Source: an uncultured Solirubrobacterales bacterium
GTDB taxonomy: Bacteria > Actinomycetota > Thermoleophilia > Solirubrobacterales > 70-9
DNA: 64,000 nucleotides
Direction of reading: 5' to 3'
Assembly (NCBI GenBank): GCA_963725475.1
Contig: CAVRYR010000006.1
Location: forward strand, 329,450 to 393,449
A program made the translations under genes and the position numbers. The notes beneath the pieces are model-generated. The model was not told the origin of the DNA and searched no databases. It saw nothing but the letters and a program-made list of their open reading frames with translations. Shown one piece after another: positions 7,884 through 19,176 of this stretch (positions are counted from its first letter, which is position 1; every line of letters starts with the position of its first letter).

Positions 7884-10430
7884 CTAGCCGCCCAGCTCTT
7901 CCAGCTCCGCCTTGTAGGCGGCGAGCTTCTCGCGCTCGGCGTCGACGACGTCGGCGGGCGCCTTGGCGACGAAGCCCTCGTTCGAGAGCTTGCCCTCGCC
8001 GCGCTTCACCTCAGCGCGCAACTGCTCGCGCCGCTCCTCGATGCGATCCGCAACGGCCTTCGGGTCGACCCCCTCGGTCTCGAGGAGATCGACCCCGCCC
8101 ACGCTCGCCATCGGCTCGCCACCGTCGCCGGAGAACTCGACCTTGGCGAGCCTCGACACGAGCTCGTGCGGCTTCGTGTCATCGACTCGGGCGGTGAGAA
8201 CCTGCTTGACGGGAACCTCCGCGAGCTGCCGCCAGCGCCGCAGCGCGCGGGTCAGAGCGATCGCCTCTCCGATCTCGCGCTCGGCCTCCTCGTCGATCAG
8301 CGAGTCCTCGGCGACCGGGAAGGCATGGACGACGAGCGCCTCAGCCGGCCGCTTCGGCAGGTAGGAGTAGATCTCCTCGGTGACGAACGGCGTGATCGGA
8401 TGGGCGAGCGCGAGCACCTGCTCGAGCCCCCAGAGCAGGCTCGCGGACGCGTCCTCCTCCCCGTCATAGAGACGCGGCTTGACGATCTCGAGGTACCAGT
8501 CGCAGAGCTCGGACCAGAAGAAGTCGTAGAGGTCGAGCGCGGCGTGGGCGAAGTCATAGGCCTCGATCGATTCGGTCACCGCGCGTGTCGCCCGCTGAAG
8601 GCGCGAGGCGATCCAGCGGTCCTCCACCCGGTCATCGCGCGGCCCGGGCTCGACGTCGTCGCGCGCGTTGAGCAGGATCAGCCTGGAGGCGTTCCACATC
8701 TTGTTGGCGAGGTCGCGGCCCTGCTGGACCCGGGCCTGGGAGAAGCGCACGTCCTGGGTCGAGGTCATCGCCAGCAGGCCGAACCGCAGCGCATCCGCGC
8801 CGTGCTCCGAGATCTCGTCGAGGGGGTCGATGCCCGTACCGAGGCTCTTCGACATGCGGCGGCCATCGGCGGCCTGGATCACGGAGTGCACGTAGACGTC
8901 GGTGAAGGGGACCTGCTCGGTGAACTCGAGCGAGGTCATGATCATCCGCGCGACCCAGAGCGAGATGATGTCGCGCGCCGTGACCAGGACGTCGGTCGGG
9001 AAGAAGGCCTTGAACTCGGGCGTGTTCGTATCCGGCCAGCCGAGCGTCGCGAACGGCCAGAGCGCCGAGCTGAACCAGGTGTCGAGCACGTCGGGGTCCT
9101 GCTCCCAGCCGTCGCCCTCAGGCGGCTCCGCCCCGACGTGGGTCTCCTCCCCGCGGTACCAGACGGGCAGCCGGTGCCCCCACCAGAGCTGACGGGAGAT
9201 GCACCAGGGCGGGATGCTCTCCATCCCATGCAGGTACTGGCGCAGCGCGCCGTCGGGAGTGATCCGGACCCGGCCGTCCTCGACGGCCTCGACCGCCGGC
9301 TGCGCCAGCTCGTCCATCCGGCAGAACCACTGCAGGGAGATCAGCGGCTCGATCCGCTCGCCGGAGCGGTGCGAGAAGGGCACCGAGTGCGTGTAGGGCT
9401 CCTCGCCGCGCAGCAGCCCCTGATCGCGGAGCTCGCCGACCACAGCCTCCTGGGCCTCGGCCGCGGTCATGCCCACGAACCGCTCCGGCGCCGGCTCGAC
9501 CATCCGCCCGTCCTCGCCGATCACCCCGATCTCCTCGAGACCGTGCCTGCGCGCGATCTCGAAGTCGTTGGGGTCGTGGCCGGGCGTGATCTTGAGCGCC
9601 CCAGTGCCGAATTCCGGGTCGACGTGCTCGTCGGCGATCACCGGGATCGGGCGCTCGACGATCGGCAGGATCGCCCGCTTGCCGACCACCTCCTTGTAGC
9701 GCCCGTCGTCCGGGTTCACCGCGACGGCGGTGTCGGCCAGCATCGTCTCCGGCCGGGCGGTCGCCACCACGAGCTCACCGCCGCCCTCGAGCGGATAGGC
9801 GATCTCGTAGAGCGTGTCGGTGACCTCGCGGTTCTCCAGCTCGAGGTCGGAGATCGCGGAGCGCAGCCCCGGGTCCCAGTTGACCATGTAGTTGTCGCGG
9901 TAGATATAGCCCTTCTCGTAGAGGTCGACGAAGACCGTGTAGACCGCCTCCACATAGCGCTCGTCGAGGGTGAAGCGCTCGCGCTCGTAGTCGCAGGAGG
10001 CGCCGAGGCGCTTGTACTGCTCGACGATCGTCGAGCCGTACTGCTCCTTCCACTCCCAGACGCGCTCGGTGAATGCCTCCCTGCCGAGCTCCTCGCCCGA
10101 GCTGCCCTGCGAGGCAAGCTCCTTCTCGACCACCGCCTGGGTCGCGATCCCGGCGTGGTCGGTACCTAGCACCCAGAGGGTGTTGCGCCCCCGCATCCGG
10201 TTGAGCCGGATCAGCGTGTCCTGCACCGAGCCGTTGAGCGCGTGGCCCATGTGCAGTGCGCCGGTGACGTTCGGGGGCGGGATCGAGATGGAGTAGTTCT
10301 GCGCGGGGGTCCCCTCCGCCGGCGGGTGGAAGTAGCCGCCCTCGAGCCAGCCGCGGAAGACGCGCTCCTCGACCGCGCCGGGGTCCCAGCGCGTGGTCGC
10401 CTCCAGGTTCTTGCGGCGCTCCTCGTCCAC
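7884..10430 (-). CDS. valS: valine--tRNA ligase
   Basis: 848 aa class I aaRS. HIGH-type motif (PPNVTGALHMGHA), KMSKS motif (RMSKS), C-terminal coiled coil. Confidence 0.97.
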   Translation of the reverse strand: MDEERRKNLEATTRWDPGAVEERVFRGWLEGGYFHPPAEGTPAQNYSISIPPPNVTGALHMGHALNGSVQDTLIRLNRMRGRNTLWVLGTDHAGIATQAVVEKELASQGSSGEELGREAFTERVWEWKEQYGSTIVEQYKRLGASCDYERERFTLDERYVEAVYTVFVDLYEKGYIYRDNYMVNWDPGLRSAISDLELENREVTDTLYEIAYPLEGGGELVVATARPETMLADTAVAVNPDDGRYKEVVGKRAILPIVERPIPVIADEHVDPEFGTGALKITPGHDPNDFEIARRHGLEEIGVIGEDGRMVEPAPERFVGMTAAEAQEAVVGELRDQGLLRGEEPYTHSVPFSHRSGERIEPLISLQWFCRMDELAQPAVEAVEDGRVRITPDGALRQYLHGMESIPPWCISRQLWWGHRLPVWYRGEETHVGAEPPEGDGWEQDPDVLDTWFSSALWPFATLGWPDTNTPEFKAFFPTDVLVTARDIISLWVARMIMTSLEFTEQVPFTDVYVHSVIQAADGRRMSKSLGTGIDPLDEISEHGADALRFGLLAMTSTQDVRFSQARVQQGRDLANKMWNASRLILLNARDDVEPGPRDDRVEDRWIASRLQRATRAVTESIEAYDFAHAALDLYDFFWSELCDWYLEIVKPRLYDGEEDASASLLWGLEQVLALAHPITPFVTEEIYSYLPKRPAEALVVHAFPVAEDSLIDEEAEREIGEAIALTRALRRWRQLAEVPVKQVLTARVDDTKPHELVSRLAKVEFSGDGGEPMASVGGVDLLETEGVDPKAVADRIEERREQLRAEVKRGEGKLSNEGFVAKAPADVVDAEREKLAAYKAELEELGG

Positions 10431-10461
10431 GCGGCGATGTTAGTTCGCGCCGCGGGACCGG

Positions 10462-10821
10462 CTAGGTGTCGCTCGGCGGCGACTCCTGGGACTCGAGCAC
10501 GCCCAGGAGCTCGCCCACGCGGCAGACCAGCAGGCGCTCCTCGTCGATCTCGACCCAGACACCGGCCGCGGACGGGAAGACCACGTGGTCACCGGGCTGC
10601 ACCGGCATGTCGACGCCCGCGGTCTCCCACCAGTCGAGTCCGGGGCCGACCGCGAGCACGATTCCCTGCTGCGGCGGGGGCTCGTCGGTGCCCGCCGGCA
10701 CGACGAGGCCGGACCTGCGCATGCGGTCCTGGTCGAGCTCCTTGAGAACGACCTGGTCGAACAGCGGCCTGAGCTGGTGCCTGACCGTCTCGACCGGCCC
10801 GCGGGACGAACGCGTGCTCAT
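10462..10821 (-). CDS. GroES/Cpn10-family co-chaperonin-like protein (orphan, divergent)
   Basis: LRPLFDQVVLKE...RRSGLVVP...GIVLAVGPG...VQPGDHVVF aligns with the GroES pattern L.PL.DRV.V...SG...P..G.V.AVG.G...GD.V.F. Start taken at ATG 10821. Confidence 0.65.
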   Translation of the reverse strand: MSTRSSRGPVETVRHQLRPLFDQVVLKELDQDRMRRSGLVVPAGTDEPPPQQGIVLAVGPGLDWWETAGVDMPVQPGDHVVFPSAAGVWVEIDEERLLVCRVGELLGVLESQESPPSDT

Positions 10822-10884
10822 GGCCGGGAGGATACGCCGAGTGCCCCACACGGAGCCCGAAACGGGCAACAATCGGGTCTCCGA

Positions 10885-11640
10885 ATGAGAATGCAGGTAG
10901 GCCAGGCTTTACGAGCAGCCCGCCTCAACAGGGGCATTGACCTCTACGAGGTCCAGCGGGTCACCAAGATCCGCATCCAGGACCTGCGCGCGATGGAGGA
11001 GGACCGCTGGGAGGCGGTCCCCGAGTCGGATGCCGAGGAGGAGCTCTCGGCCTATGCCCGCTTCCTGGACCTCGACGACCGTGAGCTGCTGGAGCAATTC
11101 CGGCACCCCGGCGAGCGGGAGAAGCGTGCGGAGCCGGTCTCGCCGGGAGCGATCAAGCGTGGTGACCGCGAGCCCCACGGCGACTGGCGGCCGCGCGGCC
11201 TGCTGCTCGTCCTCGGCGTCGCGGCCCTGGTCGGGGTGATCATCGGCCTGGCGGTCGTCGGCCCTCTCGGCGGTTCGAGCGACGGCGGTGGCGGCCAGGG
11301 CGGCACCGAGGCGACGAACGCAAGCTCCGGCGCTCGGACCACCACCACGACCGCGAGCTCCCCGGTCTCGGTCCAGTTCCACCCGACCGCCGTCGTCTGG
11401 GTCTGCCTCATCGATCACCGAGAGCGCCCGGTGATCAACGGTGAGAACCTCGCCGCTGACCAGACCGTCGGTCCCTATGACGGCAAGTCCTTCGACGTGA
11501 CCTTCGGCAACGGCTCGGTCCAGCTGACCGTGAACGGAGAGCCGGTGAAGGTGCCGCCGATCGCGGCCCCGCTCGGCTATCGGATCACGCCGGACGGCGC
11601 GACCAGACTCGCCCCCTCGGACGAGCCCACCTGTACCTGA
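10885..11640 (+). CDS. RodZ-like cytoskeleton protein (HTH + TM + DUF4115-like C-terminal domain)
   Basis: MRMQVGQALRAARLNRGIDLYEVQRVTKIRIQDLRAMEEDRW (XRE-type HTH), TM helix LLLVLGVAALVGVIIGLAVV, low-complexity linker, C-terminal beta domain (VWVCLIDHRERPVINGENL...VQLTVNGEPV). Confidence 0.7.
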   Translation: MRMQVGQALRAARLNRGIDLYEVQRVTKIRIQDLRAMEEDRWEAVPESDAEEELSAYARFLDLDDRELLEQFRHPGEREKRAEPVSPGAIKRGDREPHGDWRPRGLLLVLGVAALVGVIIGLAVVGPLGGSSDGGGGQGGTEATNASSGARTTTTTASSPVSVQFHPTAVVWVCLIDHRERPVINGENLAADQTVGPYDGKSFDVTFGNGSVQLTVNGEPVKVPPIAAPLGYRITPDGATRLAPSDEPTCT

Positions 11641-11646
11641 GCCGAG

Positions 11647-12939
<1,293 letters not shown>

Positions 12940-13178
12940 CGGATTACTCCCTCGGTCTCGCTTCGCCCGGCCGGCTCCTTCCTCGCTGGAAGCTTAGACG
13001 CCCGCCGGCCTCGGCCTGACGGATTCTCGTTACGCCGCGAGCGGCCGGTTTCCTTCCGCGTATACATCGGCCTGGGCGCCCGCGTTCTCGCCCTCGCTTC
13101 TCGGTAGGCGCACGCGACCTGTCACTGTGGGTGGAGCTGCCCCGTCTCCCTTGGTGAAAGCGACTGAGGAGGCGGATC

Positions 13179-14122
13179 ATGAGGATCTTCGTAGCGGGCG
13201 CTGCCGGAGCGCTCGGAAAGCAGCTCATCCCCCGCCTGGTCGGCGCCGGCCACGAGGTGACCGGCATGACCCGGAGCGAATCCAAGGCCGATGTGGTCAG
13301 GCAGCTGGGCGCGACCCCCGTGGTCGCCGACGGCCTCGACCCGGAGCAGGTGGCGAGCGCGGTGGCGGAGGCGAACCCCGAGGCGATCGTCCACGAGCTC
13401 ACGGCCCTCTCGGGCAACCCCGACATGCGCCGCTGGGACCGCTACTTCGCGCTCACCAACCGGCTGCGGACGGAGGCGCACCGACCACCTGCTGGCAGCC
13501 GGCCGCGCCGTGGGCGTCAAGCGCTTCGTCGCCCAGAGCTACGCCGGCTGGCCCTTCGCGCGGAGCGGCGGACCGGTGAAGGCCGAGGACGACGCGCTCG
13601 ACCCGGATCCGGTCTCCGCGATGCGGCAGACGCATGACGCGATCCGCTACCTCGAGGAGACGGTCACCGGCGCGGACTGGACCGAGGGCATCGTGCTCCG
13701 CTACGGCGGCTTCTACGGCCCCGGCACCTCGATGTGGAACGGCGGCGAGAGTCATCGACCTGCTCCGGAAGCGGCGGTTCCCGGTCATCGGCGACGGAAA
13801 CGGCGTCTGGTCGTTCGTCCGGATCGACGACGCCGCCGAGGCCACGGTCGCCGCGATCGAGCACGGCAAGCGCGGCGTCTACAACATCGTCGACGACAGC
13901 CCGGAGCCGGTCAGAGAGTGGCTCCCCGGCATCGCGGAGGCGGTCGGCGCCAAGCCGCCCCGCCATGTCCCTCGCTGGCTCGGGCGCCTGCTCGGCGGCG
14001 AGGCCGCGGTGGTCATGATGACGGAGGTGCGCGGAGCGTCGAACGAGAAGGCGAAGCGAGAACTCGGCTGGAGGCCGCGCTACCCGAGCTGGCGCGAGGG
14101 ACTGGCGGAGGTGAGCGCATGA
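13179..14122 (+). pseudogene. NAD(P)-dependent epimerase/dehydratase-family protein, two apparent frameshifts (about 13477 and 13749)
   Basis: MRIFVAGAAGALGKQLIPRLV...NRLRTE (frame 0), then DHLLAAGRAVGVKRFVAQSYAGW...YGPGTSMWNGGE (frame 1), then VIDLLRKRRFPVIGDGNGVWSFVRIDDAA...ELGWRPRYPSW (frame 2). Confidence 0.75.
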
Positions 14123-15072
14123 CCGAGTCGCACGAAGAGCTGCTGGAGGAGCTGCGTCCGCGCGCCTTCGCGATCGCCTACCGGATGCTCGGCAGCGTCG
14201 CGGAGGCAGAGGACGTGGTGCAGGAGGCGCTGCTGCGGGTCAACAGCGCCCTCGAGGCGGGCGAACAGCTCGAATCCCCGCGCGCCTACGTCGCCACGGT
14301 CACCACACGGCTCGCGATCGACGAGCTCCGCTCGGCCCGCGCCCGCCGCGAGACCTACGTCGGCGAGTGGCTGCCCGAGCCGGTCGTGGTCGACACGCGG
14401 GAGGACCCGGCGCGCCAGGCCGAGATGGCCGACTCCCTCTCCCTCGCCTTCCTGGTCCTCCTCGAGAACCTCTCACCCGAGCAGCGCGCGGCCCTGCTGC
14501 TCCACGACGTCTTCGACTACGACTACTCCGAGATCGCCGGGATCATCGGCAAGAGCGAGGAGAACGCGCGGCAGCTCGCCGTCCGGGCCCGCCGCCACGT
14601 CGAGGACGGCAAGCCCCGCTTCGAGTCCTCGCGGGAGAAGCGCGAGGAGCTCGCCGGCCGCTTCTTCGCCGCCGCCCAGGAGGGCGACGTGAAGGCGCTC
14701 GAAGCCCTACTCGCGGAGGACGTGGTCCTGAAAGGCGACGGCGGCGGCAAGGCCCCGGCGATCGCGCGGGCACTGCACGGGCGCAAGCGGGTCGCGCGCA
14801 CGGTCGGGGCATGGGCGCGGACGGGCTGGCGGATCCCAGGCCTTCAGCTCCGCTCCGCCGAGATCAACGCCCAGCCCGGAGCACTCTTCCTCGACAGCGA
14901 GGGCGCCCTGATCGGCGCGATGGTCCTCGACATCGCCGAGGGACAGATCCAGGGCGTCAACTCGATCGTCAACCCGGACAAGCTCCAGCACCTCGGCGAG
15001 GTGGCCGATGCCTGGGCTCTGCTCCGCTCCGCGAGAAGCGCTAGAGGCCGCGGTCGAGCACGGCCTGGGTGA
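14119..15072 (+). CDS. ECF sigma factor, SigJ/ECF41-like, with SnoaL-like C-terminal extension
   Basis: ATGA overlap with the upstream gene. Region 2 (AFAIAYRMLGSVAEAEDVVQEALLR), region 4 (LSPEQRAALLLHDVFDYDYSEIAGIIGKSEENARQLAVRARRHV), long C-terminal domain ending NPDKLQHLG. Confidence 0.85.
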   Translation: MTESHEELLEELRPRAFAIAYRMLGSVAEAEDVVQEALLRVNSALEAGEQLESPRAYVATVTTRLAIDELRSARARRETYVGEWLPEPVVVDTREDPARQAEMADSLSLAFLVLLENLSPEQRAALLLHDVFDYDYSEIAGIIGKSEENARQLAVRARRHVEDGKPRFESSREKREELAGRFFAAAQEGDVKALEALLAEDVVLKGDGGGKAPAIARALHGRKRVARTVGAWARTGWRIPGLQLRSAEINAQPGALFLDSEGALIGAMVLDIAEGQIQGVNSIVNPDKLQHLGEVADAWALLRSARSARGRGRARPG

Positions 15073-15300
15073 CCCTGTCGTCGATCGAGCTGACCGGCGT
15101 CTCGGTCGCGACCCAGGGCTCGCCGTCGAAGTACTTCTGCACGACCTTCTCGGCCGTGCGAGTCGCCAGCGCCTGAGTGGTGAGCGTCGGGTTGGGACCG
15201 CCGAGCCCGTTCGCGAGCGGCGAGTTCGAGGCGATGAACAGGCGCTCGACGAACCGGGCCTCGGCGTTGGCGTCCAGCTCACGATCGCCCGCCTGGCCGA
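15041..15300 (-). pseudogene. C-terminal remnant of a GMC-family oxidoreductase
   Basis: LDANAEARFVERLFIASNSPLANGLGGPNPTLTTQALATRTAEKV matches the GMC_oxred_C end pattern (vD...nL.v.D.S..P...g.NPtlTi.AlA.R.A). The N-terminal roughly 450 aa are absent. Confidence 0.5.
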
Positions 15301-15331
15301 GCCGACCGCCGGGCGAGATACTGCGGGGGCG

Positions 15332-15732
15332 ATGTCGGAGGAGAACGTCGAAGTGGTACGCGCGGTGCTCGAGGCGCAGCGACGGCGGGACTGGCAGGCC
15401 TTTCCTGCCCTGTATGACCCCGAGATTGAATGGGAGGACGTTTCGGGCCCGTGGGGAGACTGGGGCAAGCGACGCGGGTTCGAGGATGTCCAAGACGCGT
15501 TCATCTCGTGGTTCGAGGCGTTCGAACACGCCGACTTCGCCATCGACGACATCGTCGATGCCGCTGACGACTGGTGACCTCCATCCGAATGCGGGGACGC
15601 GGTCGGGAGAGCGGCCTTAGCGTCGACCAGCTGATCTGGGTGGTGTGGACGGTGCGCAGCGGCAGGGTCCAACGCGTGAGGGCCTATCGAGACGAGGCCC
15701 CCGCCTTCGAAGCCGCCGGGCTGTCGGGGTAA
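15332..15732 (+). pseudogene. SnoaL/NTF2-like protein (MS-E/Q-ENVE family), frameshift near 15570
   Basis: MSEENVEVVRAVLEAQRRRDWQAF...DIVDAADDW stops. It continues at +1 as VTSIRMRGRGRESGLSVDQLIWVVWTVRSGRVQRVRAYRDEAPAFEAAGLSG*. It is a paralogue of 30761..31156. Confidence 0.65.
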
Positions 15733-15782
15733 ATGGTTTGGATGAAAGCGACGCTTTTCGGTTGATCGCCGTATGAGTCGCG

Positions 15783-16753
15783 GTGCTCCCGGGGAGGGCT
15801 TACGAATCGGCATCCGGGAAGAATGCTGGTACGCCCGGGACGCAGGTCAAATTCGCGGTCCTCGAAGCCCCCTCGGCGCTGGGCCACATCCCAGAGCATC
15901 GAGACGTTGAACGCACCCCTGGCATCTTGCTCGAGGAGGGCTTGGCGGATGGGTTTGCCGCACGCCGGGCAGGCCGGGTCGAGGCGGCCGGCTACGGTCC
16001 TGACCGAGATCCCGAGACCCAGATCATGAATCCGCAGGCGCTCGCCGAGTACTCCCCTTTGCTCGCCGAGGCCGTGGAGGCGGTACTAGAGCGCGGCGAG
16101 TTCCCGATCGTGCTCGGCGGTGACTGCTCGATCTTGCTCGGCACAATGCTGGCGCTGCGCCGCCGAGGGCGCTTTGGCGTGCTGTACATCGACGGTGACG
16201 CCGACTTCTATCAGCCGGAGGCAAACCCGATCCGGGGAGCGGCGTCGGCGAGTGACCTCGCTTTTGCGACCGGATAGGGCCCCCCATCGTCGCCGACATC
16301 GACGGCGCTGGCCCGCTCGTTCGCGCCGAGGACGTGGTCGTCTTTGCCAACCGTGACGGCGGCGACCGCAGGCGGTTGGGTTGTCAGCCGCTGCCAGAGG
16401 AGATGCTGGTCGTGGACCGTAACCGGGTTCGCGCGAGCGGCGTCGACCGGACGGTCGGCGAGGCCGTCACCCACCTCAATCGGGAGGGCGGCCCGTCCGA
16501 CGGGTTCTGGATCCACCTCGACGCCGACGCTTTGGACGAGTCGATCATGCAGGCCGTCGACGACCCGCGGCCCAACGGCCTCAGCTGGGAGGAGGTGGCC
16601 GTCGCGCTTCACACGGCGATGGACTCCGGACGTGCGGTGGGACTCCAAATCACGATCTACAACCCCGACTTCGACGGCGATCGGTCGAATGGCCGTGGAC
16701 TGGCCGCAACCATCAATGGGGCATTGGTTGACTTCGTGTCGGCACGAGACTGA
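15783..16753 (+). pseudogene. arginase/agmatinase/formiminoglutamase-family protein, frameshift at about 16275 (next to a C6 run)
   Basis: GGDCSILLG and YIDGDADF in the first frame end at TAG 16275-16277. The next frame continues GPPIVADIDG...FWIHLDADALDESIM...LQITIYNPDFD. Confidence 0.7.
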
Positions 16754-16847
16754 ACGCCTAAGGAGCGAACGCCAGGTCGATGGGCGCCGCTTTCCATGCA
16801 AAGCGGCGGTTCTCTAATCACGCCTCTAGGCGAGGAAGGGGCTGCCG

Positions 16848-17628
16848 CTAGCTGTAGCCGTCCCAGGCCCGCAGGTGGGGCTCCGGGTCGATGGGCCGCC
16901 CGTTCAGGTGGAGCTCGAAGTGCAGGTGGCAGCCGACGGTCCGGGCGTTCCCGGTCTGGCCGACGTAACCGACGATCTGGCCGACGTGGACCAGGTCGCC
17001 CTTCTGGAACGAAGACGGATGGATCATGTGCGCGTACCAGTACTTGCGCCGCTCGCCCAGCCCCCTGATCACGATGAAGTTGCCGTCGAGCTTCGGGTCG
17101 TAGGCGCGCTTCGTGATCGTCCCGGTGGTGACCGCCGCCAGCGGGGTGCCGCAGTGCGCGGTGATGTCGAAGCCCTTGTGGACCCGCCCGCCGTCTCGGG
17201 ACGCTCCGAAGTCGCCCACGGGGCCGCGCGTGCCGTGCGGCCCGCGGACCGGGAAGAGGTGGCGGTGGAGCTCGACGATGCCGGCGTCCTTCTCGTTGCC
17301 GCCGGCGACGGCAACCGTGACCTTGTAGGTCCCGTCCGCGACCGGGCGGCCCCCGTCGGTGAGCCCGTCCCACTTCTCGGTCTGGTCGTCGCCGGGCTGG
17401 ACGCCGGGGACGTCGATTGTCCGGACCATCTCTCCAGAGCCCGAGATCGAGATCGTGACGTCGGCCGGCGCCGAGCCCGAGATCCGGAACTCGACCCGGA
17501 CGCCGTCGACCGAGTCCGTGTAGCCCGCGTCCGGCGAGACGGAGGCCTTCTGGACGACGGCGTCGTCGGCAACTGCCGGGGCGACGAGCAGGACCGCGCC
17601 GAGCGCGATCAGGAGTGGAAGGGCGCGC

Positions 17629-17636
<8 letters not shown>
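16848..17636 (-). CDS. secreted M23-family metallopeptidase with FlgD-Ig-like N-terminal domain, start codon unclear (ATA?)
   Basis: HKGFDI...GNFIVIRG...HLHFELH (M23 motifs). Coding clearly continues upstream of the track ATG (17429): (I)[42 protein letters not shown]. No in-frame ATG/GTG/TTG up to the upstream stop. Confidence 0.8.
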
Positions 17637-18213
<577 letters not shown>

Positions 18214-18277
18214 GGGGGCGTGAGCATAGCGACCGGGGTCGGCGGGCAATCGGGCCCGCGGAGTAGGGTCGGCCCGG

Positions 18278-18640
18278 ATGGAGATCGTCCGTGGCGAGCA
18301 GCGCAAGCCCTTCGTGACCCGGGATGGGTCGACGGTGCGGGAGCTGGCCGGTCCCGCGCCCGGCAACGCCGCCAACCAGTCGCTCGCGGAGGCGACGGTC
18401 CCGGCGAGCAGCGAGACGGCCGAGCATTACCACCGTCTCTCGGAAGAGATCTACGCATTCATCTCCGGCACCGGCCGGATGCGCCTCGGGGACGAGGAGA
18501 CCGAGGTGCACCCCGGCGACACCGTCGTGATCCCGCCGGGGACACGGCACAAGCTCTGGGCAGGACAGGGTGCGCCGCTCGTCCTGCTCTGCTCCTCCGC
18601 CCCTCCCTACTCCCACGAGGACACGGTGGTCTGCGAATGA
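18278..18640 (+). CDS. cupin domain protein
   Basis: 120 aa. [42 protein letters not shown] (cupin motifs 1 and 2). Confidence 0.7.
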   Translation: MEIVRGEQRKPFVTRDGSTVRELAGPAPGNAANQSLAEATVPASSETAEHYHRLSEEIYAFISGTGRMRLGDEETEVHPGDTVVIPPGTRHKLWAGQGAPLVLLCSSAPPYSHEDTVVCE

Positions 18641-19176
18641 GCGAGATCCTCACCGTCGGGCACTCGAACCACGAGGAGGCGGAGTTCGTCGAGCTGCTGC
18701 GCGGCGCGGGCGTCGAGCTGATCGCGGACGTCCGCCGCTATCCCGGCTCGCGGCGCCAGCCGCACTTCGAGCGGACGGCGCTCGCCGCGGTCCTGCTCGA
18801 AGCCGGCATCGAATACCGCTGGCTCGGTGAGTCGCTCGGCGGCCGGCGCAAGCCGGCACCCGACTCCCCGAACGGCGCCTGGGAGAGCGAGCAGTTCCGT
18901 GGGTACGCCGACCACATGGCGAGCGCGGAGTTCGCGGAGGGGCTCGCGACGCTGGAGGAGCTGGGTCGAGGCCAGCGGACCGCGGTGATGTGCGCGGAGG
19001 CCTTCTGGGTGCGCTGCCACCGCCGGCTGATCGCCGACGCGCTGCTCGCCCGGGGCTGGCGCGTCCTCCACCTCGGCTCTAACGGCCGCCTCGAGGAGCA
19101 CCTGCTCACCGAGTTCGCCGTGGTCGAGAACGGCCGGGTCACCTACCCGGCCAAGCAAACGTCCCTCGGGATCTAG
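18637..19176 (+). CDS. DUF488-family protein
   Basis: ATGA overlap with the cupin gene. [44 protein letters not shown]...CAEAFWVRCHRRLIAD. Confidence 0.75.
   Translation: MSEILTVGHSNHEEAEFVELLRGAGVELIADVRRYPGSRRQPHFERTALAAVLLEAGIEYRWLGESLGGRRKPAPDSPNGAWESEQFRGYADHMASAEFAEGLATLEELGRGQRTAVMCAEAFWVRCHRRLIADALLARGWRVLHLGSNGRLEEHLLTEFAVVENGRVTYPAKQTSLGI

Noticed and set aside
7734-10169. 811-aa plus-strand ORF opposite valS. Similar long ORFs lie opposite or out of frame with real genes: 2147..3775, 12004..13107, 14707..15813, 23847..25292, 31119..32753, 42422..43507, 51708..53054, 57447..58754, 59890..61326, 59894..61660, 61617..62711.
   Set aside because: Arg/Gly/Pro/Ala-rich composition with no motifs, each fully overlapping a gene with clear homology. 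These are typical shadow ORFs of roughly 70% GC DNA.
13291-15072. 593-aa ORF as a single large protein.
   Set aside because: It is a chimera. The middle frame of the frameshifted epimerase reads through into the sigma factor gene, whose real ATG is at 14119 (ATGA overlap).
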